DNA of 64,000 bases from the NCBI GenBank assembly GCA_904063045.1, contig CAJFCJ010000011.1:515100-579099 (forward strand). Direction: 5' to 3'. This document shows positions 38,828 through 55,678 of the stretch, piece after piece. The number at the start of each line of letters is the position of its first letter. Within the stretch, counting starts at the first letter, position 1. The translations under genes were made by a program, and so were the position numbers. The DNA comes from Dimorphilus gyrociliatus (Eukaryota; Animalia; Annelida). The notes beneath the pieces are model-generated. The model was not told where the DNA came from, searched no databases, and saw only the letters and a list, made by a program, of their open reading frames with translations.

Positions 38828-39535
38828 CTAGCATATTGGACAAATAGAGTTAGATGTTTCTGAGCAATAGTAGCAAGCCGAGTGTTTGCACGGTAATAAT
38901 CGTATATCGAAAGGCAAATCATTACAGTACACACATTTGCCTTCTAAATCTTTTGAAGAAGAAATAAAACGGAAAAGACGCGATCGTACGGAAGAAGCAT
39001 TAATTAGTGGTAATATAAAAAATAGTAGCTCTGAAAAAGCGTGCCATAGCATTTCTCTATCCATAAATTCAAAACTGACCATATCCTTCAGTCTTTGAGG
39101 AGAGGAAAATCTGCTGTTTATACCTAAAACTCTTTCCGTTATTGTCAAAAATTTTCCTTGAATTAAAAATACTATAAAGTTGATTAACTTTGCAAGCTCC
39201 CATACGTCAGAGAATTTTGTAACAGAAAACTTTTGTCCAATGTATGGAATTACATACGATAAAATAAAATAGTTTCTTCGTTGAGCATTGGATGAAGGAT
39301 AGCTAATATCAAGCAGTTTTTGTCCAACTGTTGATCCACATTTCCTTACAGTACTCCTCCAGATTATGAACTGTAGTCCTAATTCGATTTCAGAATCAAA
39401 TCGTGATAAAATTGACGTCTTTATATATTTTACGCTTTCAAGCAAGTATTCCTTTATAATATTAGTAACTTCACTATCTAATGCAGATGCATCCAGTTGG
39501 CTGACCCTCAAAGCAGGTTGTGCCATAATAAACAA
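38828..39535 (-). CDS. PEX2: Peroxisome biogenesis factor 2 (PEX2) RING peroxin, apparently a single exon (235 aa)
   Basis: MFIMAQPALRVSQLDASALDSEVTNIIKEYL… matches the PEX2 N-terminus (…[20 protein letters not shown]…). The Pex2/Pex12 N-terminal domain is followed by a complete C3HC4 RING: CVYCNDLPFDIRLLPCKHSACYYCSETSNSICPIC*. Confidence 0.75.
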   Translation of the reverse strand: MFIMAQPALRVSQLDASALDSEVTNIIKEYLLESVKYIKTSILSRFDSEIELGLQFIIWRSTVRKCGSTVGQKLLDISYPSSNAQRRNYFILSYVIPYIGQKFSVTKFSDVWELAKLINFIVFLIQGKFLTITERVLGINSRFSSPQRLKDMVSFEFMDREMLWHAFSELLFFILPLINASSVRSRLFRFISSSKDLEGKCVYCNDLPFDIRLLPCKHSACYYCSETSNSICPIC

Positions 39536-39811
39536 TATCGGGCGATAATGTAGTTAATTATACCGAAACCCAGAGAAAACTGGTAGTTTTTCGCAACCAT
39601 TATCCGAAATTGGTCGCTTCCGTAGAGTAGTATGCTTGTTGTTGATATAGCCTGACATGAATTACAAGGCAGTGTATATATACGATTTGTTATAAAGCAC
39701 TGATCAACATTGCAAATAGTAATAAATATGTTGAATCCAGCCACATTATAATTAACTGGTAAGTACAAGGCCTCAAGGGATGATGATGGCCGCAGAAGGG
39801 CAGTAACCACT

Positions 39812-39819
39812 TGACGTCA
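39812..39819. promoter_or_regulatory. Perfect CRE/ATF palindrome TGACGTCA in the 389-bp head-to-head PEX2/ZSWIM8 intergenic region, next to a GC-rich palindromic core (gccgaccggtcgacggcc)
   Basis: ccacTTGACGTCAcagagccgaccggtcgacggcc. It lies 113 bp upstream of the ZSWIM8 ATG and 277 bp upstream of the PEX2 ATG on the other strand. Confidence 0.4.
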
Positions 39820-39924
39820 CAGAGCCGACCGGTCGACGGCCTTTGTCGTTATGGAAAGAGTCTTTCTTATCCCTATTTCCTTCGCTCACACCTTAAACTG
39901 AGCGCTCTGTTTTGCTTTTTAGTA

Positions 39925-42900
39925 ATGGATCAAAGCTTTCTTTTCGAATGGGACACGTCAACGGCGCCCGATCGAGGTTCATTCGATGATAGTGATCGAT
40001 TTGAAGAGGAAGATTCGATTTGCTCTTGGATATCCGAACCAGATAGCTTGGTAAATAATTGGCGTGGTTGGAAAAAACAGCTTACCGCTGGATGTCAGAA
40101 CTCCAACAAGACTTACTCGGGTTTGTATAATTTTCAAATCAATATCTCTATGATATAGCAGCAGGTAGCAAGCTCGCTTATTGTATTTATGGGCTTATTA
40201 ATTATTTCTATTCATTAAGCGCTTACACGCCAGTTATCGAATGTACGACTTTTTATTCGCATTCGGAGTCTGTTAAAAGAAAAAAAGTACATAGCTAACA
40301 CATGTAAAGAGGATAAACGATTCTTTGTTTTAACTCATAGAGCAGGCTTACAAATATGTTTCTGTTAAACGCCTGCACGTCGAGGCACGATTGATAAAAT
40401 TTTTAGATAAGTAATATGTATTCATTTTCATATTTGATTAAATTTAATCGTGAATAACACATCACTTAAAAGAAATGCTCTATCATGCATTTTTTTTATA
40501 TCGATTTTGGCATTATCCCTTATTATTAGATATCATAAAAGTATGATGTATAAATGTAATTATTGAAAAATTTTTGCAAATCTAAATCTTTTACCGAAAG
40601 TTGAAAAAGTTTTATTCGCAATTTTAACCAATCTCAGAAACGGTTAATATTTTGACGTCCTATATTACGAGCTGTTTCGTAATGATTTTCGACATTTAAT
40701 AAAACCCTCATGCATTATGATAAAGATTCAAAAGCAAATTTTATTAGAAACAATATTTTATTTCAAAAAACTTTTTAACAATCCATTGTTATTGTATACT
40801 TAAAAGAATAAAAAAACATACACATATATACATAAAAACCACGTGCTATCGTAGTCAAAAACGAAATACCTACCTAATAATTTTCGTGAATGACCTGAAC
40901 CTCAGCAAGGGAAAAGTATTTTACACTTTCATTAATAAAAACAAAATTATAAATGATTCGATCAAGGCGTTTTCTAATTTCAGTACAGCATTGGTCGAGA
41001 ATTCGTAGTTATATGTATTGCAGTGCGTGTACAAATATATATCGATATATTTTTGCAATCAGCGTAATACCAACAAGATACTTTTGTTTCGAGGACTGCT
41101 ACCCAAAAAATCTATAAGTAGCAACTCGATAGGTTGTTGTCATTGCTTGTAAATAATCGTTTAATTCTCCGAGCGGGTAAAGAGGGTAACATAGTATTGT
41201 GTTCTAGTTGTTTTTAAGCCTATATGACGAAGATTAGGCACTCTAATATATTGAGCATCTCCTTGACTTCCTTAGTTAATTGATATTTTTCATATTGGAC
41301 ATCAATTTGGGTTAAACCCACTTAAAAGCAACGCGCCATTGAGAATCTGTATATATATACTAGTACATATAGTCCTGGCTAATCCGTATGAAGGCGTAAA
41401 GCCAAAAACCTTACCAGAATAAGATAACCGCGAATGCCTGCAGAATAAACTATCTTTTTTAGATTGTCATTCCTGACGACAATAAATATATCTTATAGAT
41501 ATTGGAAAAAGATGATATATTCTCTTGATCTTGCCCTTTTTAAGTAGTGTTTTTGATACAGTATAAAAAGAAATTGAGAATCTAGAATTTTATACAACGA
41601 AGTAGCACACACAGTTTGGAAATGAAACATGCAAAATATACAAAAGATGTACGAAATAAAATTGTAAAAAAACAAAATATTTCAGTCATATCGAATAGAT
41701 ATAGATTTTTCTATCGAGTTTTGCTCAACATGTCAATCATGAAAATACATTTTTATTCCTATTTATTTGCAACCTTTTCCTGGTAAGATAAAAAAAAGTG
41801 TTTATTCTTTTGCCGTAAACAAATCCTTTACATTACAAACTCATGCATAAAAAACATAATACTATTTTCATCATCGCGAGAGAATAACTAACCCAAAAAT
41901 TTTATAGCGAATAAAGAGTCTAATAAAAAAAATTGATATTTTTTAAAACTATAAAAAGGAATGGTGAATAGTAGTTCACTATATTTTGGGAACAAAGAAT
42001 AGTTTCTACATCTATTTTCTCACAGTATATCTGCATATAACCCTGGTAGTGTATAATTTGCCTATTTTTTTCCCCTGTCTTAGGGAATCGGTTTGCAACA
42101 TCTATTTATATCATTATGTAAATTTTTTACGAGTAAAACTATTGTATTTTTCTCTGTTTACAATTAAACCTTTATTGATTAAACATTATTGGAGGTGTGC
42201 CTGGCTATGACGCGCTATGACGTCATATAGGCTCCTATCGATTTAATCGCTAGTTATTAACGAGAATTAACATGTACGTTATCAGATTTTGATATTTAAA
42301 CTGATGCTAAACTATTTTTATTATTTATCAAAGCTTTTGTAAATAAATTACTTGTTCATTTCAGGTAAAAATACGCATAGAAATGGAATTACTAGTTTAG
42401 TGGAACTGTCAGCTCAAGCGGTCGCCTTCTATATTCCTTTCGAAGTCGTTGAGCAATTTTACCCTACCATACCCGAACAGCTACAGCTTCGCATAGCTTT
42501 CTGGAGTTTCCCCGAAAATGAAGAAGATATTCGCTTATACTCTTGTCTAGCAAACGGAAGTGCTGATGAGTTTAATAAAGGTGAAACGCTTTTCAAAGCA
42601 CGAAGCGTTAAAGATTCGATACAGATTGGCTTCCATCTCTCAGCAAGTGTTCTGATTGGGCAACCAAAAAGTGCGTATAGCAGTGTTGCTATTGTCTTTG
42701 ATAGGAAAAGGATAACGCAATGTACTTGTACATGTAATTCATCGGCTAGTTGGTGTGCTCACATAGTAGCATTGTGTCTACATCGAATACACTTGGCAGA
42801 TAAGGTGCGGTTGAGGGCACCAGTTTCTGAATCATTGTCAAGATTGCATAGAGATCAGCTACAAAAGTTTGCTCAGTATTTAATTAGCGAATTACCTCAA

Positions 42901-45900
42901 CAAATTCTTCCTACTGCTCAACGATTGTTAGACGAATTACTCTCCTGTCAAAATACAGCTATTAATACTGTTAGAGGGGCCCCGGATCCAACAGCTGGAC
43001 CTTCTGCAGCGGAACATACGACCTGGTGCCTGGATGAGAACACCTTGTATGATAATATTAGAAAGACTTTAGGAAAATTTTGTGTAGCCTCTCCAGTGGT
43101 ATTTAGTGATGTTAACTACTTGTCCAGTTCCGCTCCCCCAGCAGCAACAGAATGGCAAAGTTTACTTCGTCCACTTCGAGGACGAGAACCGGAAGGCATG
43201 TGGAACTTGCTGTCCATTATTAGGGAAATGTACAAAAGGAATGATAATAATGCTGTTCCTTTGTTGGAGATTGTTACAGAAGCGGTTCTTAAAACCGACC
43301 AACTTCTCATATGGTGGTTTACTACCAAAGTTTCGTCCAGCTATTGTGCTCAAGGGGTAACCAACACTAGCAATGGCCGAAATGGAGGCTCTAGCCCTAA
43401 TAGCCCATATGCAGGATCGTCATTATGTGATGAAGTTGTGCAGTTATGGCGAATAGCTGCTCTTAAGCCAGGACTGGATGCGAACCACCGTCGTGAATTA
43501 GCAACCCAACTTCGCTCGTGGCATATGTCTTGCATAGAAATAGTTAAAAAGGGAAAGACATCACCTTCTGGCAGCATTAGAAAAGCTGATATAGAATTAT
43601 TTCCAGGTTTCAAACCAGCTATAGAAGCAACTCAGCTAGATTGGAAAAACTTTGTGTTACCAGGATCAAATCAGGTTGCTTCTTGCACCAGACCATGGCG
43701 GCTAAGGAAGAGAGAATCCCACAGTCCTATGCAGAAGGTGAGACATAAATCTTTGGCTGATTCCGCTAGCTCTAGCTCCGAAGGATTTTGCGACAATGCC
43801 TTGCCCAATTTGGATTCTGATGATGATGATTTAGACAGGATTTACGTTTATGATCCTCACTTGCTGCGTCATAAAATGGCTGCTGCAGAAAATGAAAGTC
43901 GCAAAGATGACACGAATTATTTTGCTGGAATTAGGAAAATTGATAGTGAACAAGATATTCTCTATGCCAGAGCTGAGGCTCTGTATGCTCATGGCTTCTC
44001 TTCGGAGGCTTGTACCGTTGCAAGGCAATTGGCCGAGAGTATGTTAGCTGATACACCGAATACCCAGGATATTCAAGAAGAAGCAAAGAAAAAACGATTA
44101 GTCAACCAGGCTGCAACGTTTAACATGTGCTCATTTTCGACAACAACTCTAGCAAAAGCATGGTTCTTATGCAGTGTTCTGGCAGAGGATGTACATAGCT
44201 ATCATCTATGTTTTGATTTAGGTCTATTTGCCTTGGAGATGCCCCGTTCTCCGGGATGTAACAAGGCTTTGGAAGTAAAGTTGGCTCACCAGGAAGCCGA
44301 ATTAGCTAGTTTGTTAAAAAAGATTCCCTTACAAGCATCTGAACATCAGAAGATTCGACAAAGAGCTGAACAGCTAAGGTCAGGAAAACTAAAGTCAAGA
44401 GGGGAGTCAATGCTCCCATTATCATTAGCTGCTTTTGTCTTTGATTCTCTTTGCCTTTCAAAAACGGCATCTGCTTGCTCTCGATCTAAAGAGGACGAAG
44501 AATTAGGGTTTGATGCGGCAGTTGCTGCTCTTGGATTAAAAGCTAACGTCAGCGAAGCGGAACACCCACTCCTTTGTGAAGGTACAAGAAGACAGAGAGG
44601 AGATTTAGCAGTAACCATGCTATTACACTACAAGGATGATCAATCAAAGTTAGACCGAATTTTGGAAAGGCTGCTAGACAGAGAAGTACATCCGGCCTTT
44701 AAAGTACCTTCTTTTTCTGCTTACACATCTATGGGAACGAAAACTTTCAATCCTTCAGCATTTTCTGTTTCTGTGCAACAACAGCAACAATATAAATCCT
44801 TGGCTGCTACTAGAGAAGAAAAAGTTGAAGATTATTTAGAAAGAAGACTAAGTGAGCTTTCTACAACTGAGGATGAAGAGCAAGACAGTAAGGAGAGATG
44901 GGTGGCATTACGATGTACATCTTTTAAAACGGGAACAAGAGCCCGTTCGGTTGGTATGGCTGCTATCGACAGCAGTGCACCGGAGACAACATCAAGCGAT
45001 AACAGTCCTACTATCGTAAGGCGGCAACCATGGCCAAAGAGTGGAGGACCTCCTTCTGATAGTGGATCTAGTGGAAGCGATGGGTCTTCTAAGCCAATAA
45101 CCGGAAGAGAGAGTCCCACTCAGCAAAGAGTTTTGGGAAATAGACATAATATACCTATAGCTATCTCTCCTGGATCTAAGTTGGGAGTGACCTCCCGCTT
45201 CGGCAAGTTGAAGAGAATTACACCGACTATTCCTAATCAACCGTCGGAAGCAGGAGCTCATTTTATGTTTGAATTGGCAAAGAATGTATTGAACAAGGCG
45301 GGCGGAAGTAGTTCTACTTCTTTGTTTACTCCTCAGCCAGCATCTCAAAATGCACACGCAGCTTCCGGCCCTCATAGAAATTTGCACATCTGCTCTTTTT
45401 TAATTGGCCTGTATGCCCTAGGGATTCATAATTGTGTAACCCCAAATTGGTTATCACGAACTTATTCGTCCCACGTATCGTGGATTACAGGACAGGCAAT
45501 TGAAATAGGAGCCGTGGCTATAAATATTCTGATAGGAACCTGGGAAAAGCATCTTACACCTCCTGAAGTAGCAACTCTGGCTGATAGAGCAAGTAGAGGA
45601 AGGGATCCAGCTACTGTTAGAGTGGCTGCCGAGCTCGCTCTCTCTTGTTTGCCACACGCACATGCCTTAAATCCAAGTGAAATACAAAGGGCCCTGGTCC
45701 AATGTAAAGAGCAATCTGTTAGTATGATCGAAGCGGCTTGTCAAGCAGTTGAAAGCGCAGCTAAGGAAGGAGGAGTCTACCCGGAAGTGTTATTTGATGT
45801 TGCTAAACGATGGTACGAACTCTATGAGGACACTACCTGTCAGGGCACCCCTCCTCTGGTTTCGGCACCACCCCCAGCTCAGCCACCACCACCTCCTCCG

Positions 45901-46839
45901 CAACCTGCTCCTGCTCATCAGGCACCTGCGGAATTGGAAGACCCTAATTTGGTTCCTATACACTTACCCTTTTCTACTAACGTTGTAGTTGGTCAAGTAG
46001 CGCCTCCTCCACTTGCGTATGCGAATCCAAACAATCAACAAACAGCTTATGTCTCTTATGGTTATGGGCCACCAGCTCCTCAAGGTCCTACAGCTTACGT
46101 CCCAGCTGCCTATCATCACCATCAATACACGGCTCCCACGTTTTATCTTCCTCCGCCCGCTTTCATACCTTCTCAAAGACCTGCCGTAATTCTTCCACCG
46201 ATCGAACACATTCAACAAGCCATTACTCCAGAATCGGCAGCCCCGCCGGCTCTTCCAGCAATATCACCAACCAACTCACCATCGGGAATTGGATACTATA
46301 TGTCGGCATATCGTGTGGGAATGTTAGCTTTGGAAACTCTATCGCGTCGCGTGCATGACGATCGCCCTCAGGTAAAATACGCAAGAAATCCAAGCTATGG
46401 CGAAGATGTTAAGTGGTTACTACAAATTTCTCTAAGAATGGGGACGTCCTATGTCCAACAATACTGTGGATCCGTTGTTAACGCCGTGCTCTCACCATTT
46501 GTTTTATACGACGTCGCAACAGAAGCAGCTCGTTATTTAGCCAGAGGTAGTCCAGCTCATTTTCAGCAACAGTTACGTTCACCCATGCTGAATGCCGTTC
46601 TAAATAAATGTCAACAAATGTTTATTCAGTCTACTCATCATAAGTTGCATTACCTTCAACCAGCAGATCACGAGGAGTTGATTGGCATTGTCTGCGCTGC
46701 TCAGCACGCTTTTTTGCTCAGTCCCGGCGGTTTAGTCCAATTCCAGGAGATGTTACAGTCTATGCGTAGGGTGAAATCATGTAAGAAGGAGCTTTGGCAA
46801 AGAATTGTGACATCTTTGAACGGTTCTTCAGCTATATAG
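39925..46839 (+). CDS. ZSWIM8: ZSWIM8 (zinc finger SWIM-type containing 8; Dorado/EBAX-1 family, Cullin-RING substrate receptor); two exons join(39925..40120, 42365..46839). Exon 2 is a single 4,475-bp exon
   Basis: Exon 1: MDQSFLFEWDTSTAPDRGSFDDSDRFEEEDSICSWISEPDSLVNNWRGWKKQ… (human MELMFAEWEDGERFSFEDSDRFEEDSLCSFISEAESLCQNWRGWRKQ), donor g|gtttgt. Exon 2 follows acceptor tttcag at 42364: GKNTHRNGITSLVELSAQAVAFYIPFEVVEQFYPTIPEQLQLRIAFWSFPENEEDIRLYSCLANGSADEF… (near-identical to human), with the SWIM zinc finger CTCTCNSSASWCAHIVALCLHRIH. The long C-terminal conserved blocks (HVPNQPSEA-like IPNQPSEAGAHFMFELAKNVLNKAGG…, NLHICSFLIGLYALGIHN…LSRTYSSHVSWITGQA…, AAYRVGMLALE…, KELWQRIV) are all in one uninterrupted ORF. 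Confidence 0.9.
42216..42227. promoter_or_regulatory. 12-bp palindrome TATGACGTCATA containing a second perfect CRE, inside the ZSWIM8 intron ~140 bp upstream of the giant-exon acceptor; it is preceded by a half-copy tatgacgcgc
   Basis: ctggcTATGACGCGCTATGACGTCATAtaggctcc. Confidence 0.35.
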
Positions 46840-47149
46840 AATACCGATCTCGCGTTTTGTTTTGTTTTGTTTCCGTTTTTTTTAATGATCTCTTCTGTCT
46901 AGGACTGTTTAGTGCGGTTATTTTTTCGTTGTCTCTATTATGCCGAAGTGTTGTAGCAGTAAGGCAAGCAAAAATTCGGTAAAAAAAATACCGCGACAGT
47001 GTTTTCGTGCGTAGTCGAAATAGTTGAACATTTTAAAAAATAATGTTTTCAAAAATCATTGTTTATAGGATGTATCTATTAATGATATCATTTATAGATA
47101 TATAAGTATTTGTAAATGTAAAATTATATTTGAAAAATATAAAAAAATA

Positions 47150-47347
47150 AAAATAGACAACATGTACTTGCATACAGTGTGTACATATATATGTATGTAT
47201 GTATGCACTATATGTATTATGTATGTATATACATATATACAAATTTATATATGTGTATATATGTATATACATATTTCGTGTATATGTATATATTTACATA
47301 GATATAGTATAGATGCGCTGTAAAAAGTTACGGTGCATACTTTATTT

Positions 47348-47383
<36 letters not shown>

Positions 47384-47439
47384 TATAGTTATAGGCATAT
47401 ATAGTATGTGGATGCATTCATTTGCTCCATATAAATATA

Positions 47440-47475
<36 letters not shown>

Positions 47476-47490
47476 CAGTATACACAACCT
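47150..47490. repeat. Microsatellite-rich low-complexity block: (TA)n runs at ~47349-47390 and 47454-47484, plus degenerate (TATG/TACA)n
   Basis: tgtatgtatgtatgcac…tatatatatatatatgtatatatatatatatatatatag…tgtatatatatatatatatatatatatatatta. Confidence 0.85.
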
Positions 47491-49150
47491 AGTATGAAGT
47501 GAATGTTTTATTTCAATATAACATTTATTTTTATTGCAATACAATTTCTCTGTGTTTACATTGATATAATTGAATGATTGAGAAAGAAAGACAAAAGAAA
47601 AAAATTACTTTTATTGGAAATTATAATAATTTCATCATAGTTTTTCTTTTCCCTTCATATTTTTAACTATTGAGAAAAATCTACGGGTGGCCATTATCTC
47701 CTAACCAAATATAGATTATACACAAATTCTGCTTGTCACTTCCCAAATTTGTTTTATACTGACTTTGTTTTCCTTTTTGAAAGATTTTCTAGCTTTCAAG
47801 TTATATACGTTTTTATTAACATATTTTAAGCATATTTCTAAGTTGTAAGCATAATATTTTAAGGAACAAACTAATGTATACCATCTTTTTGTCTTTGTGT
47901 TGATTTTTGGCTTCAGAGTCTTTTGAGTAAGTAAAGCATGTAAAAAGTATCCTATGAGAGTCAAACGAAAAGGAGTGGGACAATTGCATGAAAAGGAAAA
48001 TGAATGAGGAAAAGCTACTTTAATTACAATTCTTTTGTAAATCCTTTGCTAACTTGTCACGAAAGCTAATTCTTTCCTTTCTCCCTTTTTTTGTTAGGCT
48101 TTACACTTAATCGCTTTCGATTTAATTGCTTAGAGTTTTTTGTTTACATAAACGTTTTTTTGAGAAAGATTTACTAAATCTAAAGAAGATTATCGTTAAA
48201 CGAAAGTCACTTGATGTCAAGAGAAAATGTTTCTGCTCCTACTCCTTCAGAAAATTATTTGAAAGGAATTATTTGTTGAGATATTTTGGAGTTTCACAGG
48301 CAGAAGCTTATCGATTTTTTTTAATACAATACTGAAGTATTCAGTTTTCTTTGTAAGGAAACGACAAAAGTGAGTGTAGAACAGCTTCCCATGGCTATGA
48401 AAAAAAATATCCCCTCTATTAAGCAAGGACTAAAGGATGAAGCTCGAGATAAAATTCGAGTAGGGGGTTGAGGGAATTCGAACGCTAGCAAAAGACCTGG
48501 CAAAGATTTTGATTACGAATGTCATTGGCAAAAATATATAATCGAGAAGGGAATGGTACTATGACAGAAAGACCTTCAAATTGCATTATAGTATACCCTA
48601 CTATACCTTTCATCGGAAAATGGCATACAAAGGGCGAATAATATTACTGTCAAAGGTTTTTTTTTCAAATTATTAGCTGCCAAAACTTGATTTATTATCA
48701 CCTTCAGTAACTTAGGTAGAGAGACAACAGAACTGTAATTAATTTGCAAATGAATTACAGACTTTTTAAAGCGTCTTTTTGGGTCAATAAAAATCGGATT
48801 TTTTCTTTTGAAAACATGAATATGACCCTAAAAGAGAAAATAGACGAAGATTTTAAGATGTTAAATATTTTTGCATTTGTGTAATCGATTTTATTGCTTT
48901 CAAAATACTTATTATTTACTTTTACTAAAGCAGAAAATTTCATTATATGACGCTTTTCTCCTTTAATTTCTTTAGAATTGCCCTAAGTCATATAGTTAAT
49001 GACTTTTCTGATAGATGGCGCTCTCTATAGGGAACAACACCTAAGATTTTAATTAATCTAATAGGCCTTTGCTTTTTACAGCGTTTCGCTTTTTAAAAAA
49101 TCGATATTCATCAAAAACTTATTCATTCGTAACAAAGAAATTATAAAATA

Positions 49151-49675
49151 ATGTCGGGCAATAAGTACGATTTGAATGCTCCTTTTAGGACTGATTCGGA
49201 AGATCAACGCTTCAAGAACTTACCTAAAAATATAGAAAGCAGAAATAGATTCAATTCATTGCCAAGACAAACTTACACGCAGGGAGCTAATCTAACGCAG
49301 AATAGTGTTAACAATACTTTGTCTTCGGAAGAGACAAGTTCTAACCAATTGGGAATAAACAAATGTGAAGAGAAAGTAAGCCGAGAGTCCTGCTGTGCAG
49401 TGCTCGTAGTAAATAGTTTTCTCTGGGCGTTTATGTTTGTCTTCTCAGCAATTCTAATGATTCGGTCTGAAAAAGATAGCGATGAGTATGGAATACTGAA
49501 ACAATTGTTCATATGGCTCTGCATTCTGGAGATATTTCTTTTAGGTGGTGTGCTATTTTTATGGGCGTCTCGCACATCTGCAGGGAAACGGGATATTTTT
49601 TATCATCAACGACTAGAAAATTGGATACAAAATCTTTTAAATAAAAGAGAATATAATATTTCAAATTTCAATTGA
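49151..49675 (+). CDS. Uncharacterized small membrane protein, 174 aa, single exon. The N-terminus is disordered and Ser/Asn-rich, followed by two predicted transmembrane helices
   Basis: MSGNKYDLNAPFRTDSEDQRFKNLPKNIESRNRFNSLPRQTYTQGANLTQNSVNNTLSSEETSSNQLGINKCEEKVSRESCCAVLVVNSFLWAFMFVFSAILMIRSEKDSDEYGILKQLFIWLCILEIFLLGGVLFLWASRTSAGKRDIFYHQRLENWIQNLLNKREYNISNFN*. The ORF is intact and has an exon-like GC content, but I recognise no family, so coding status is unproven. Confidence 0.35.
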   Translation: MSGNKYDLNAPFRTDSEDQRFKNLPKNIESRNRFNSLPRQTYTQGANLTQNSVNNTLSSEETSSNQLGINKCEEKVSRESCCAVLVVNSFLWAFMFVFSAILMIRSEKDSDEYGILKQLFIWLCILEIFLLGGVLFLWASRTSAGKRDIFYHQRLENWIQNLLNKREYNISNFN

Positions 49676-50566
49676 TAATATTTTCAAAGATAATCGTTTA
49701 TTTAAAAACTATACGTGCAATTTAAAAAAAAATGCTTTTTACAATAATACACTATTAACTCGGCTATTGTTATATACTTTTTAGCACATTTTATACGATT
49801 GTTTGCTGCTAGCAATTGAAATTTTATCCAAGCAGATAAAATGTACTTTATGCAACAATTTAATTACATATTCAAAATGTCATCTATTAAATTGAAGAAT
49901 GTTTACAATGAATTTTTTAAATAAATAAGCTATATTTATAATAATTAGTCAAGTTTTATTGTTTTGGGGAAGTGTATTCATAAAAATTAAACAGTAGAAA
50001 ATATTCGTCAATAAACTACGCCTAATATTTCTTAAAATATAATTAATTAGTAAATTGAGATGAACAGGCTCTTCACAACATTCTTTAATATTCAATATAA
50101 AAACTTTTACATTACAGCACCCAAGTAAAAGCATTCTAACGGGGAAAGATTTTGTCACAAGTAATAAATAATATTTTTTTTCTTTTCCTTTCATTCTTCC
50201 TCTCTCGCTGTTTTCCAATACACAATTTGCTTGCTAAATAAATAAATACGCTCATAGTTCGTAAATGTATCTAAACCGCGTAAAATACCGCCTAAATTCG
50301 ATTAATGAACGATAGGGTAAGTCGCTACATAAGTCGATAATACGAAAATCAGAAGTTGTTTCTCTTTTTTGTAATTACAATATGGCGCATGAATACAAAA
50401 ACGAAAAATTAATTGAAAAGAAATAAAGTACAAAATGAAGAAATAGCCAATTTAGCGAAAGAGAAATCATGGAGCCACTTTTGTTTTAGTTTTAGATTAA
50501 ATTCGTTACTGATATTGTAATTGAATATCAAAAGCCTAGTACAAATTAGTATCAAAGACATTTGCC

Positions 50567-55678
<5,112 letters not shown>

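Noticed and set aside
43106-45663. Numerous 60-130-aa ORFs on both strands inside the ZSWIM8 giant exon (for example 43116-43328 minus, 44992-45387 minus, 43106-43360 plus)
   Set aside because: These are frame shadows of the long GC-rich ZSWIM8 coding exon. Their translations are low-complexity with no recognisable homology, and they are fully nested in a strongly conserved CDS.
47063-47272. 69-aa ORF (MYIHIYTYINLYICIYIH…)
   Set aside because: It is a translation of (TATG/TACA)n microsatellite DNA, not a gene.
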